DNA from: an uncultured Gammaproteobacteria bacterium
GTDB taxonomy: Bacteria; Patescibacteriota; Microgenomatia; Levybacterales; UBA12049
Assembly (NCBI GenBank): GCA_964553245.1
Contig: CAZKJM010000001.1
Coordinates: forward strand, 81,806-145,805
Direction: 5' to 3'
DNA length: 64,000 nt
This document shows, piece after piece, positions 38,498 through 48,735 of this stretch (position 1 is its first letter; every line of letters begins with the position of its first letter). The notes below the pieces were generated by a model. That model was not told the origin of the DNA, ran no database searches, and saw only the letters and a program-made list of their open reading frames with translations. Made by a program: the position numbers and the translations under genes.

Positions 38498-39414
38498 TGT
38501 TTAATACTTTTTAAAATGGAACTCTCAATTTGATCAATTGATAATTCATTAACTTTTCTCATATACTCTTGTGAACCGATGCTTCTAGTAAAATGGTCTC
38601 TTACTCCTAGTCTTCGAAAGGGAATCTTTATTAAGTTTTCTGCAAGTACTTCAGCAACTAGACTTCCTAATCCTCCTGTTAAAAAATGTTCTTCAAGTGT
38701 AAAAATTCCTCCAGTCTTTTTTGCTGATTCCACAATAATATCAATATCTAAAGGTTTAATCGTATGCATACTAATAAGCCTTGAGGCAATATTTTTTTTA
38801 TCTAATTTCTCGCATACTTCAAGACCAGTACTTAACATACTACCAGTGGTTATCAGAGTAACATCTTTTCCTTCTCGTATAAGGCGACCTTTTCCCATCT
38901 TAAGGGAAAAATTTTTATTCCAGGTAATTTTTTTATCCAATCTTCCTAATCTAATATATACAGGTCCCTTTATCTTTATTGCTTCTTTTGTAACAAATCC
39001 AACCTCCATAGAATCTGCTGGGGAAAAAATTGTCATATTGGGGAGCGTTCTTAAAATGCCAATATCTTCGAGGGCATGATGAGTATGTCCATATGGACCA
39101 TATGTGAATCCTGCTCCCATTCCAACAATTTTTACGTTTAGATTTTGGTAGCAAATATCATTTCTTATTTGTTCAAAATTCCTCATTGTACAAAATGGAA
39201 TTATTGAATAAATGATAGGAATTTTATCTTCAATTGCCATACCCGCTGCAACTCCTGTCATATTCTGCTCTGCAATTCCTGCATTTAAATATTGTTTAGG
39301 AAATTGATTAATAAAACTTTCAAAAACTGAAAATCCTAAATCACCTGTTAATAAATGAATTTTACAATTTTTCTTTGCTAACTCTTCTAATGTTTTTATA
39401 AAAGTTGTTCTCAT
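38494..39414 (-). CDS. Transketolase C-terminal (pyrimidine-binding) subunit
   Basis: TGDLGF, GIAEQNM, EQIRND, THHALED, GPVYIRL, EEH...GGLG. Confidence 0.92.
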   Translation of the reverse strand: MRTTFIKTLEELAKKNCKIHLLTGDLGFSVFESFINQFPKQYLNAGIAEQNMTGVAAGMAIEDKIPIIYSIIPFCTMRNFEQIRNDICYQNLNVKIVGMGAGFTYGPYGHTHHALEDIGILRTLPNMTIFSPADSMEVGFVTKEAIKIKGPVYIRLGRLDKKITWNKNFSLKMGKGRLIREGKDVTLITTGSMLSTGLEVCEKLDKKNIASRLISMHTIKPLDIDIIVESAKKTGGIFTLEEHFLTGGLGSLVAEVLAENLIKIPFRRLGVRDHFTRSIGSQEYMRKVNELSIDQIESSILKSIKQ

Positions 39415-40223
39415 TCTATTATTTTAAGTTTTCTTAAATTATCCTCTGTAATTGACTTATAATGCGATTCAACAGTTGCCTCATTCTCAATAACTCCACC
39501 TTTTCCTTTAATCGTATGTGCTATTAAAACAGAAGGCTTATCTTTTTCAAACGGTAAATTTTCAAGAGATGAGATAATTTCCTCAATATTATGACCATTA
39601 GCTTCCTTTGTTGCCCATCCAAAACATTCCCATTTTTTTGCAAAAGGTTCAAGATTTAAAACCTCATTCGTTGCCCCAAAGCCCTGAAAACCATTGTAGT
39701 CAATTATTGCAATTAAATTATCAAGCTTATGATGTCCCGAGAAAAGGATTGCTTCCCAAACAGATCCCTCATCGCATTCGCCATCGGAAAGAAGAACGAA
39801 TACTTTATGCTTTTTTTTGTCAAGTTTGCCTACGTATGCCATTCCTGCAGCCATAGACAATCCATGTCCCAGTGATCCGGCTGAAACCTCTACGCCAGGA
39901 ACGCAATTTCTGGTTGAGTGACCAGGTAATTTTCCTCCATCTTTTTCATAACTTTTAAGGATCTCTTTATTAAAAAAACCTCTCTCTGCTAAAACAGCAT
40001 AAAGTGCCTTTACATCATGTGCCTTGCTTAGAATTAGCCTATCTCTGTTTACGTTGTTTGGGTCATTTGGGAAAATGTTTAATATTTTAAAGTATAAAGA
40101 AACTAAAATTTCTACGCTTGATAAAGAACCTCCAACATGTGCGCTTTTAGCACGATAGCTCATGAGCAGAATTTCCTTTCTTACATTTTCGCAGATTTTT
40201 AAAAGCTTTCTGTCTTCAGGCAT
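39411..40223 (-). CDS. Transketolase N-terminal (ThDP-binding) subunit
   Basis: HVGGSLS, DRLILSKAH, GSLGHGL, SDGECDEGSVWEA, TIKGKG. Confidence 0.92.
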   Translation of the reverse strand: MPEDRKLLKICENVRKEILLMSYRAKSAHVGGSLSSVEILVSLYFKILNIFPNDPNNVNRDRLILSKAHDVKALYAVLAERGFFNKEILKSYEKDGGKLPGHSTRNCVPGVEVSAGSLGHGLSMAAGMAYVGKLDKKKHKVFVLLSDGECDEGSVWEAILFSGHHKLDNLIAIIDYNGFQGFGATNEVLNLEPFAKKWECFGWATKEANGHNIEEIISSLENLPFEKDKPSVLIAHTIKGKGGVIENEATVESHYKSITEDNLRKLKIIE

Positions 40224-40239
40224 AAAGCTTATTTTAGTA

Positions 40240-42324
40240 TTATTTTACTGATTCGTAAAGAGATATTGTATTAAATGAATTTTTATTAATTTGCTTGTAT
40301 TTCTCTTCTATTATCTTTTCGATTTCCGGAGTTAAAAACTCATATTCCCCAACATGATATATTTTTGTTACAAAAACTTTATATTTTTTATTATCTCTTA
40401 AAAATTTAATTAGCCTATCTACATCCTCTTTTAAGAAAAGCTCCATTAATCCTGGTGAATCAAAAGCAGAAACTGTATCAGATTCTGCATAATATACACT
40501 TGGAAAACTAGAAATTATAATAATTTTTTCCTTTTTGTTTGTATGTTTTTTAATAAAATTTATCTCTGATATTATCTCTCTTGAATTATCTGGATCGTTA
40601 GTTAATTTTTTAAAAATATATTTAACATTGTTTACATTTCCCACTGAAAAATTGGTAAAATTTTCAACCCAATAAGGTAGATACGATAACATAAATAAAA
40701 ATAAAATAATAAAAAAGATAAAGTTGTGATAAAGTTTTAACCCATACTTTTTATAAAAATAAAATAGGTCATCGGTATATATAATTAATAAAAGCACAAA
40801 GCTATACATCGGCCCCCACAAATTTGAATCAACACTCCTTCCTTGGTAAAAAGAAAACGTTCCCAAACCAAGAATTGATAATAAAAATATAATGACTGGT
40901 CGGTCTTTGTTATCGCATTTTTCTATAAACGCTTGTATTGAATATATCAAACCTATTATATATGTAATAAAAACGATATTCCACGGATGAATAAGCTTCA
41001 TTTTTATCATATTAAATCCCATTAGATAATAATGGGTCTGGGATTTAAGGAATAAATTTAAATCTGGAAATATTCCTCTTGTTATGAAAATATACAAGGA
41101 ATAAATAATCAATAATGCTAAAAAGATAAATATAATTTTTACAAAATGTTTAAATATTTCTTTTATCGCCGACCTAAAGCCGGATCGAAAAATTTCGTAA
41201 TATGAAATTGAAGCTAACCATGTAATAAAAATGATTATTCCGGTATCTGCATTCCATAAAACGGAAGCTGAGGCAACTATTGAGTTAATATAATAAGTTA
41301 AGCTACTTTTATTTTTAAAATATAAATATGAAATAAATATAAACAATGAAGGGAAAAAAATCCTAATAGGCACAAACTGAAAATAAGGATCATTTTGAAA
41401 ACCTGGCAGTATATATCCACCAGCCATAAAATAAAAAATAAAATAAAAAGATATACCAATAAAACTTATAAATCTATTTTTAATAAAATATTTAATAAAC
41501 AAAGAAATTATCGTTATGGATACTCCTGAAAGGAATGCCATAATAACCGTAAATTTAAAAACACTAATTCCACCTGTCAACTTAAATAATGGCTCAAGAA
41601 AATGAGGATATAACCCGTATAGATTTATAAAATTATTAGTGAGTAAAGCTTTACCCGCATAAGACTGAGACACGGAATAAAAAACAGTTTCTAAATTATG
41701 CGCTCTTTCGTAATTTGATATTCCTGTTACAATTAAATCTTCTACATCGAAAATTTTTTGTGAAAAGATAGAAAAAAATATTATAAATATTAATCCTTTA
41801 AATAAATAATTTGTAATTTTTGTTGACAATCGGATTTTTTTTATTATTTTAATTTTTAAAAAAACAAAAGCTGTTAGTAATGTAATGGAAAAGTATAAAA
41901 GGGGATATTTGTAAGCATAGCTGTTTTTAATGTAGTCATTAAATTCTTTAAAATCATAATAAATTAAAAGTAACGTTACCACTAAGCTTAATAAAAAAGA
42001 AAGTAAATATAAATAACTTATTCTTTTTTTTATTTTATTTAAAACTTTTTTAAAAATATAAAAAGATAAATATGAAAAAATAGGTAATAGAAATATTGAT
42101 GATATATATTGAATCCTCTCTATAGGTTCAGGGGAAAAATAAATTCTATCTCTAACTGACAGCCTAATTGAAGAATTAATTATTTCTTGCACATTTGGAT
42201 CGTAGTATTTTCGAATTATAAATATTGTTATTAACAATAATATAATTGTAAGTAAAGTACTAAAAAAGAAAACTATAAAACGTTTGTACTCAGAAGTTAA
42301 TAAAATATCTTTTTTGCTAGACAC
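40240..42324 (-). CDS. Polytopic membrane protein, probable GT-C
   Basis: 694 aa, many TMs; LYG, PIR, WNADTG and YQGRS motifs; GTG start preceded by TAAGAT-N6. Confidence 0.55.
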   Translation of the reverse strand: MSSKKDILLTSEYKRFIVFFFSTLLTIILLLITIFIIRKYYDPNVQEIINSSIRLSVRDRIYFSPEPIERIQYISSIFLLPIFSYLSFYIFKKVLNKIKKRISYLYLLSFLLSLVVTLLLIYYDFKEFNDYIKNSYAYKYPLLYFSITLLTAFVFLKIKIIKKIRLSTKITNYLFKGLIFIIFFSIFSQKIFDVEDLIVTGISNYERAHNLETVFYSVSQSYAGKALLTNNFINLYGLYPHFLEPLFKLTGGISVFKFTVIMAFLSGVSITIISLFIKYFIKNRFISFIGISFYFIFYFMAGGYILPGFQNDPYFQFVPIRIFFPSLFIFISYLYFKNKSSLTYYINSIVASASVLWNADTGIIIFITWLASISYYEIFRSGFRSAIKEIFKHFVKIIFIFLALLIIYSLYIFITRGIFPDLNLFLKSQTHYYLMGFNMIKMKLIHPWNIVFITYIIGLIYSIQAFIEKCDNKDRPVIIFLLSILGLGTFSFYQGRSVDSNLWGPMYSFVLLLIIYTDDLFYFYKKYGLKLYHNFIFFIILFLFMLSYLPYWVENFTNFSVGNVNNVKYIFKKLTNDPDNSREIISEINFIKKHTNKKEKIIIISSFPSVYYAESDTVSAFDSPGLMELFLKEDVDRLIKFLRDNKKYKVFVTKIYHVGEYEFLTPEIEKIIEEKYKQINKNSFNTISLYESVK

Positions 42325-42376
42325 AGGATTATCTTACAATAAATGCTTATTTTCAACAATTAATGATAAAACTTTA

Positions 42377-43447
42377 TTATCTAATAGTTTCTATGCTTTT
42401 AGGGTTAGCTTTTTTAAACCAATCAACTGTTAATTGAATGCCCTTGTCTAAATCATACTTAGGACTCCAGCCAATTATTTTTTTTGCTAAACCATTATCT
42501 AAAGCTCTAGTTGGCACACCTTCTGGCTTTGTTTTATCAAATATTATTTTCTTTGGATAAAAATTTGTAGCATTAAATATCATTTCTACAACATCTTTTA
42601 TCTTATATCTTTTCGAAGTTCCTAAATTAACCACAGTTGCATCCTTTATTTTTTCGCATGCTAATAATGTACCGGAAACTATATCATCTAAATACGTAAA
42701 ATCTCTATCTTGCTCTCCTGTTCCCCATACAATATAAGGATCTTTTTTCTCTATAGCTCTTTTAATTAAAGCAATAATAGCATGAGTATCATTTTCGCCT
42801 GGACCATATGCAGTTACATATCTAGTAATCGATGATTTTAAACCATACTGTTTATAGTAAGCTTTTAATGTAAGCTCGCCCATTAATTTTGCCCATCCAT
42901 ATTCTTGATCTGCATTTGCCCAATTATTGTTAAATGCATCTTTTTCTTTTAATAAATACTTAGAGTTGTAACCTTTTTGTAAATCAAGAGGATAAACACA
43001 TGCAGAGCTTGCAAAAGCTACTCTCTCTACCTTTGCAAGATAAGAAGCATGAAAAACGTTTGTATTTATGGCAAAATTAGTTGAACAATCTGCGGGGTGA
43101 GTATCTATATAACCCCTTCCTCCAAAATTACAAGCCAAATGAAAAACAATGTTTTGTCCTTTAATTATGGAGATTATATCGCATAAATTTAGACAATCTG
43201 CAAAAATAAACTTATGACCTTTGTTGGTAGATATCTTTTTATTCTTATAGCTACTAAACTCAATATTTTTATCCTTAAAAATTCTTTTAATATTTGTCAA
43301 TAACCCAGTAGAAAGATTATCTACTATTGTAACTTTAGCTCCTAGATCTATTAAATTCCTAACAATGTTACTACCAATAAATCCAGCACCGCCTGTTACG
43401 CAAACTTTTTTATTTTTATAAAAACTATTTTTCGTATTACTATTCAT
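42377..43447 (-). CDS. NAD-dependent epimerase, GDP-mannose 3,5-epimerase-like
   Basis: TGGAGFIG, FHLACNFGGRGYI, ASSACVYP, YGWAK, VWGTGEQDRDF. Confidence 0.75.
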   Translation of the reverse strand: MNSNTKNSFYKNKKVCVTGGAGFIGSNIVRNLIDLGAKVTIVDNLSTGLLTNIKRIFKDKNIEFSSYKNKKISTNKGHKFIFADCLNLCDIISIIKGQNIVFHLACNFGGRGYIDTHPADCSTNFAINTNVFHASYLAKVERVAFASSACVYPLDLQKGYNSKYLLKEKDAFNNNWANADQEYGWAKLMGELTLKAYYKQYGLKSSITRYVTAYGPGENDTHAIIALIKRAIEKKDPYIVWGTGEQDRDFTYLDDIVSGTLLACEKIKDATVVNLGTSKRYKIKDVVEMIFNATNFYPKKIIFDKTKPEGVPTRALDNGLAKKIIGWSPKYDLDKGIQLTVDWFKKANPKSIETIR

Positions 43448-43477
43448 TTAAGTTTAATGATAAAATAATTATAATTT

Positions 43478-45220
43478 ATGATAAGACTATTTATTAATTT
43501 TTTCAATAACAAAAATGTGTTACGGGTATTCATTACAACTATTATTGGTTTAATACTATCTATTATTGTTAAAGAATATGGAACACTTCATTTTACAGGA
43601 ATGGATTATGGGGTACTTACGAGCGCTGCTTATCAATATTTCTTGGGATATAAACCTTATTCAGACATAATAACTGGTACACCACCTGTATATTTAATAT
43701 TAGGAAAAATATCCTTCGACCTGTTTGGAGTAAAATTTGCTTCCTTTGTATACATTACTGCAATTGTAACATTTTTCACATTCTTGTATTTGGTCTGGGT
43801 TTGGTACAAAATCTCTAATTCGTTAATCAAATCATTGATCTATTCTTTAACAGCTGAAATTGTAATAATTTTTACTTTTTCAACAATTAATTATAATCGA
43901 TTTTCGCTTATTTCAGCAACGATGTATATTTTAACCCTCATTTACTTTATAAAACAAAAAAGGCAATTATTTTCATCATTTTTATTAATAATTCAAGGAG
44001 CAATATTGCTTTTAGTGAAAGCTAATATTGCAGTTTCATTAATTCTTTTCTCTTTTATAATTTTAATTAGACTCAATAACAAAATAAAAACTTTAATAAT
44101 TTATACAACATCTTTCTTAGTATTCTTATTATTACTATCTTTTTCTAATATAAATATTTTTAATTTAATTAAAAATTATTTATGGCATGGGGGAAGAGCT
44201 TTTGATCCAAGCGTCTGGAAGATATTTATCTTAAATGGATGGGAAGTAAAACAAACATTTATTTTTTTTACTCCAATTACGGTAATTTTATTAATCTCAC
44301 TAATCGCAGTTGTAATAAATAAGTCAATCTTTAAAAAATGTAATTTACAGTTTGTATATTTTCAAATAATTTTATTGTCAGTTTTAATAGGAATAATCGG
44401 TCTTATAACAAATAACGATCTTAATTTTGTCGATGGTTTTCTAATACTTAATGGCATAATTTTAATACCCATAATTTACAAAAATATTCTCCAGAATACT
44501 AACATCTATAAAATTTATAATATCGTAATCTATGCTACATGCAGTTTTCTAATTATATACGGATTAATTATAGGAATTAATAGAGTTAATATTTCTGAGG
44601 GAGGACCAAGCTTCTTCTATGAATATGCTTATTATCCAAGCGAAAAATGCTTATTTTTATCTGATACTAAATGTCGACAACTCATCATAGGATCTACTGC
44701 AAAATTATTAAATTTAAATGTTCAAGACACAGGAAATTTTAGATACTTAGTTAAATCTAAATACTCTTTTTTTAATTCTATGCTTATTGAGCAAAATTTA
44801 GAAGAAACAGAAGATGAAATAAATAAGGTAATATTATTTTTTAAAAAAAATGGTGTAAATAAAGATAAAATAGGCTTTGGTCCAAGGATTGATTTTAATT
44901 ATGCAACTTTTAAAATTAAACCTCCTAAAGGTCCGCTATGGTGGGAAGCATTTAGTTATGTAAAACCAGATGAAAAGTTAATATCTATGGTTCAAAAATA
45001 CAGAAATAATAATAAATTGATTTTTATTCATCTAAAACAAATTTATCAATTTTATCCTCCTTTATTATATGGTGGATATATAATTAGCGAACATGATCTA
45101 GTTCAAACAAGCATGTTAGATATCTGGTTTAACAAGCAAGATAAGCAAACACAAAAAATAAAAGAAGCTTATAAAAAAATGCTAAAAGATGAAGGTATTG
45201 AATATATCGAATCCGAATAG
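43478..45220 (+). CDS. Polytopic membrane protein, probable GT-C
   Basis: GMDYG, G.KPY.D...GTPP, YN and KAN motifs; 10 or more TMs plus a soluble C-terminus. Confidence 0.55.
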   Translation: MIRLFINFFNNKNVLRVFITTIIGLILSIIVKEYGTLHFTGMDYGVLTSAAYQYFLGYKPYSDIITGTPPVYLILGKISFDLFGVKFASFVYITAIVTFFTFLYLVWVWYKISNSLIKSLIYSLTAEIVIIFTFSTINYNRFSLISATMYILTLIYFIKQKRQLFSSFLLIIQGAILLLVKANIAVSLILFSFIILIRLNNKIKTLIIYTTSFLVFLLLLSFSNINIFNLIKNYLWHGGRAFDPSVWKIFILNGWEVKQTFIFFTPITVILLISLIAVVINKSIFKKCNLQFVYFQIILLSVLIGIIGLITNNDLNFVDGFLILNGIILIPIIYKNILQNTNIYKIYNIVIYATCSFLIIYGLIIGINRVNISEGGPSFFYEYAYYPSEKCLFLSDTKCRQLIIGSTAKLLNLNVQDTGNFRYLVKSKYSFFNSMLIEQNLEETEDEINKVILFFKKNGVNKDKIGFGPRIDFNYATFKIKPPKGPLWWEAFSYVKPDEKLISMVQKYRNNNKLIFIHLKQIYQFYPPLLYGGYIISEHDLVQTSMLDIWFNKQDKQTQKIKEAYKKMLKDEGIEYIESE

Positions 45221-45221
45221 A

Positions 45222-45926
45222 CTAATCTGCAAATTTTATTTTTAGCAATCCTACTCCATTGCTTAACGCGATAGATGGTATTTTTTTAAAATGATAAACC
45301 TGCGTTTGTCCATCAATTCTATTTCTGTGATTTATCTGTATTTCATTTAATTCAATATTTCTTTTAATGCAAGTAGCAACGAATCCCCACCAAAAACCTT
45401 CCCTCATTCTATTTAGTAATTTTAAATGAGGAAGAATTTTTGTTTTTTTAAATAAAACAAAAGGTGCACTCGGATCATGAATTGTGCATTTGAATAAAAG
45501 CTTTAACAACAAAAAGAAAGATTTTGAATATAAAATTCGACTTCTTGAATCAGATCTATTAACTCTCCAACCAATTAAAACTTTATTTTTATCTCTTTTT
45601 TTCCAAAACTTTATTACATCCTTTGCGTCGCATTGACCGTCTGAATCAATACAGAGTACGTATTCAGAATTTGATAATTTAATTCCATCTATTACTGCTG
45701 GTCCGTATCCTCTTCTATATGGTTTTTGACTTAAAATTATCGGGTATTGATTTTTTATTTTTGACAATAGTTCCTTAGTCCCATCAGTTGATCCATCCTC
45801 GCAAATAATAAAATTATGAGATATTTTTGTTTTTTTTAAAACTTTTTCCCATTCATTTAGCACCTTTTTTATAGATTTTTTTTCATTATAAACAGGTAAG
45901 ATAATATCTATATTTTTTCTTTTCAT
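45222..45926 (-). CDS. DPM1-like GT2 (polyprenyl-phosphate sugar synthase)
   Basis: LPVYNE, EDGSTDGT, RGYG, IDSDGQ, HRNR; 234 aa, soluble. Confidence 0.85.
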   Translation of the reverse strand: MKRKNIDIILPVYNEKKSIKKVLNEWEKVLKKTKISHNFIICEDGSTDGTKELLSKIKNQYPIILSQKPYRRGYGPAVIDGIKLSNSEYVLCIDSDGQCDAKDVIKFWKKRDKNKVLIGWRVNRSDSRSRILYSKSFFLLLKLLFKCTIHDPSAPFVLFKKTKILPHLKLLNRMREGFWWGFVATCIKRNIELNEIQINHRNRIDGQTQVYHFKKIPSIALSNGVGLLKIKFAD

Positions 45927-46879
45927 TTAATAAAATTATACCAATTATTTACAAACTTTATAGTATTGGAAAATGTAAAATTATTTTTCCAGCCTAGTTT
46001 TTTTATTTTATTATCGTTAAGGTGTTGATACGGAATTTCATTTTTTGCGTTATTTATAATTTTATACTTAATTTTTGTTTTCAATACTTTCTCTGTTTTT
46101 TTTATTAATTCTAAAACAGATAATGTATCTTTTGATGAAAAATTAAATGCTTCTCCTCTTGTTTTTTCAAAATTTTTTAATAAAAAAATATACCCATCGA
46201 CCACATCCTTAACATACAAATAATCTCTTACGTATGAACCATCGCTTCTTATTTCTAGGATTTTATCTTCCGCTATTGCCTTGCAAATTCCAGGAATTAT
46301 TCTATTGAAGTATAAATCACCCTCTCCATAAACATTTCCAAAACGAGTAATAACAATTGGAAGATTATATGTTTTTATGTAAGTTTGGCAGATTAAGTCC
46401 ATGCATGATTTAGATACATCATAAGGATGATCTCCTTTTAGAGGAAACTCTTCTGTGTATTTTTTAATTGTTTTTCCATAAGCTTTATCGGACGAAGCAA
46501 CAATCATTCCTTTTATTTTTTTATTTTTTCTTAATTCTTCCAAGAGGTTTATTGTCCCATTAATATTTGTCTCAAATGCATCAACTGGATTTTCATATGC
46601 TTTTTCTACAATTGGCTCTGCTGCTAAATGAAAAATATATTCCGGAGTGTATTTTTTAAAAAAATTACCTAGCTTTTTTTTATCTCTTATGTCGATAATT
46701 TTCAAATCTACTTTATTTTTAAGTTTATTTAAAACAAACGTTGACTTTGGATTAACTTTTATATCTATAATAGTTACTTTTACTCCCAATTTTAGCAGCT
46801 CTTCTACTAAATGTCCTCCAATAAATCCCGTACCTCCTGTAACTAAAATTTTCTTTTTTGTTATTTCCATACTTTCCAT
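45923..46879 (-). CDS. rfbG: CDP-glucose 4,6-dehydratase-like
   Basis: TGGTGFIG, FHLAAEPIV, SSDKAYG, PYDVSKSC, RFGNVYG; overlaps rfbF. Confidence 0.75.
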   Translation of the reverse strand: MESMEITKKKILVTGGTGFIGGHLVEELLKLGVKVTIIDIKVNPKSTFVLNKLKNKVDLKIIDIRDKKKLGNFFKKYTPEYIFHLAAEPIVEKAYENPVDAFETNINGTINLLEELRKNKKIKGMIVASSDKAYGKTIKKYTEEFPLKGDHPYDVSKSCMDLICQTYIKTYNLPIVITRFGNVYGEGDLYFNRIIPGICKAIAEDKILEIRSDGSYVRDYLYVKDVVDGYIFLLKNFEKTRGEAFNFSSKDTLSVLELIKKTEKVLKTKIKYKIINNAKNEIPYQHLNDNKIKKLGWKNNFTFSNTIKFVNNWYNFIK

Positions 46880-47637
46880 TTTAGACTATCACTCCAAATC
46901 TTATTTAAACTCTCCACATCCGGATAGGTATCCATAGAATGCCAAAACCCATCATGCAAAAAGACTGACAATTGATTTTCCTTAACCAATCTCTTTAATC
47001 CCTCGTGCTCCATTTCTCCCGGTTTAATGTAATCAAAAAAATTGCGTTTAAAAATCATAAATCCACCATTCGTTCTATCTTGTAGCACGGGTTTCTCAAT
47101 AAAACTTTCTGCCTTAAAGTTTTTGTTAATTTTTAAAAGTCCATACTTACTTCTTGGATGTACCCCCGTAACTGTTCCTATTGTTTTTTGTTTTTTATGA
47201 AACGAGATCAATTCCTTTATATTTATGTCTGAAACACCATCTCCATAGGTAACCATAAAATCCGTATCCTCTTTTGGAATATAATTTTTAACTTTTAAAA
47301 TTCTTTCTCCTGGTAAAGTTTCTTCCCCCGTATCAACAAACGTAATCTTAAAATCATCTGCTTTAATACTGCCCTTTTTATGAATTTTTGTAAAACCTGA
47401 TTTTGTATGGAGGGTAAAATTATGTTGAAGCTCTCTCTGGTTTAAGAAATATCGTTTTATATAGTCACCTTTATAACCCAAGGCTATAATAAAATCATTA
47501 AAGCCATAATGGGCATAAATTTTCATTATGTGCCATAAAATTGGTTTTCCACCAATATTTACCATTGGTTTTGGCTTAAATTCGGTTTCTTCTTTTAACC
47601 TATAACCTAATCCACCACAAAGAATTACAGTTTTCAT
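46861..47637 (-). CDS. rfbF: Glucose-1-phosphate cytidylyltransferase
   Basis: LCGGLGYRLKEETEFKPKPMV, ILWHIMKIY, VDTG, TYGDGVSD, HDGFWHSMDT. Confidence 0.93.
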   Translation of the reverse strand: MKTVILCGGLGYRLKEETEFKPKPMVNIGGKPILWHIMKIYAHYGFNDFIIALGYKGDYIKRYFLNQRELQHNFTLHTKSGFTKIHKKGSIKADDFKITFVDTGEETLPGERILKVKNYIPKEDTDFMVTYGDGVSDINIKELISFHKKQKTIGTVTGVHPRSKYGLLKINKNFKAESFIEKPVLQDRTNGGFMIFKRNFFDYIKPGEMEHEGLKRLVKENQLSVFLHDGFWHSMDTYPDVESLNKIWSDSLKWKVWK

Positions 47638-48668
47638 ATTTTTCCTTTTAATTTAAGCTTTATTAAATAAATAGCTGTAAACCTAGTATAATATATCAGA
47701 AACAACCAACAAGCAAGTGGATGAATAAACCAGGAAACGTCTTTAATTCTTAAAAATCCTTTTATGCTTCTATACAATGGCTCAACGATTGTTACGGTAA
47801 ATAAAATATATTTTACAAGATTCTTCTTGTCAACTGATGAACTTAAATCAAGCACAGAATATCTCCGTACCAACGCATATTCAGATAATGAAAATCTTTT
47901 TAGATAGAGCACTCTTCTTTTTACCAAATCGATCAGACTATTGCCTATTACGTGATTTATTTGAGTCGATTTAACAACGCCAAATCTTTTATATCCAATT
48001 TTAAGAAGATCTACATAAACGTCAATATGTAAGTAATTTTTGGGCGATGTTTTTGCTTTAAGTAAAATTTCTCTTTTTGTTAAAAAACCATTATCACCAA
48101 CTGTTGGAAGATTTTTAGTATTAAATTCTACAACATCATATTCTTTTCCTATTTTTATTATTTTTCCTTTTTTATATTGTTTATTTACCCACCATTCTCT
48201 ATCTGCTTTTCCTAAATAAAATACCAAAGGATCACTTACGCCAAAAAGAGCACAATACCTATCAATTACACTCATTTTTTTGTTATAGCCATAATGATGA
48301 GTATATGTAGCGATTATTTGATTATCTTCCATAAAAGGCTTAATCAAGTTAAAAAGAGTATTCTTGCTCGGTAAAATATTATCGGATTCTAAACAAAAAA
48401 CTATTTGATTTTTCGCTTTTTTTAAAGCATATGATCTCCTTGCTTCGCTTTGATCTCTAAGATTTTTCATTACTAAGACTTTACATTTATATTTTTTCAT
48501 TAATTCTAGAGCCTGCTTAGAAGATCCTCCGTCAACAACAATATGTTCAATTTTATTCTTGGGATAATCTTGTTTTTTTATTGATCTTAGAACATTTTCA
48601 AAAATAGAAAGATTAGGATTATAAGTAATAGTTAAAATGGAAATTGAAGGGTATTTTATTTTTTTCAT
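47634..48668 (-). CDS. GT2 glycosyltransferase with C-terminal membrane segments
   Basis: QDYP, VVDGGS, LESDN, PTVGDNG, HID. Confidence 0.85.
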   Translation of the reverse strand: MKKIKYPSISILTITYNPNLSIFENVLRSIKKQDYPKNKIEHIVVDGGSSKQALELMKKYKCKVLVMKNLRDQSEARRSYALKKAKNQIVFCLESDNILPSKNTLFNLIKPFMEDNQIIATYTHHYGYNKKMSVIDRYCALFGVSDPLVFYLGKADREWWVNKQYKKGKIIKIGKEYDVVEFNTKNLPTVGDNGFLTKREILLKAKTSPKNYLHIDVYVDLLKIGYKRFGVVKSTQINHVIGNSLIDLVKRRVLYLKRFSLSEYALVRRYSVLDLSSSVDKKNLVKYILFTVTIVEPLYRSIKGFLRIKDVSWFIHPLACWLFLIYYTRFTAIYLIKLKLKGKI

Positions 48669-48674
48669 TTTTTT

Positions 48675-48728
48675 ATTTTAACATATTTATTGTTATATCT
48701 TGATAAACAGAAAACTAAAACCTATAAT
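48675..48728. promoter_or_regulatory. Divergent promoter pair, both apparently leaderless
   Basis: Minus: TGT-TAAAAT-N6-ATG(48668). Plus: TTGATA(48700)-N17-TATAAT-N7-ATG(48736). Confidence 0.7.
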
Positions 48729-48735
48729 AAGATGT

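Noticed and set aside
48700-48735. TTG-start extension of the DegT-family ORF
   Set aside because: It coincides with TTGATA-N17-TATAAT; ATG 48736 is the better start.
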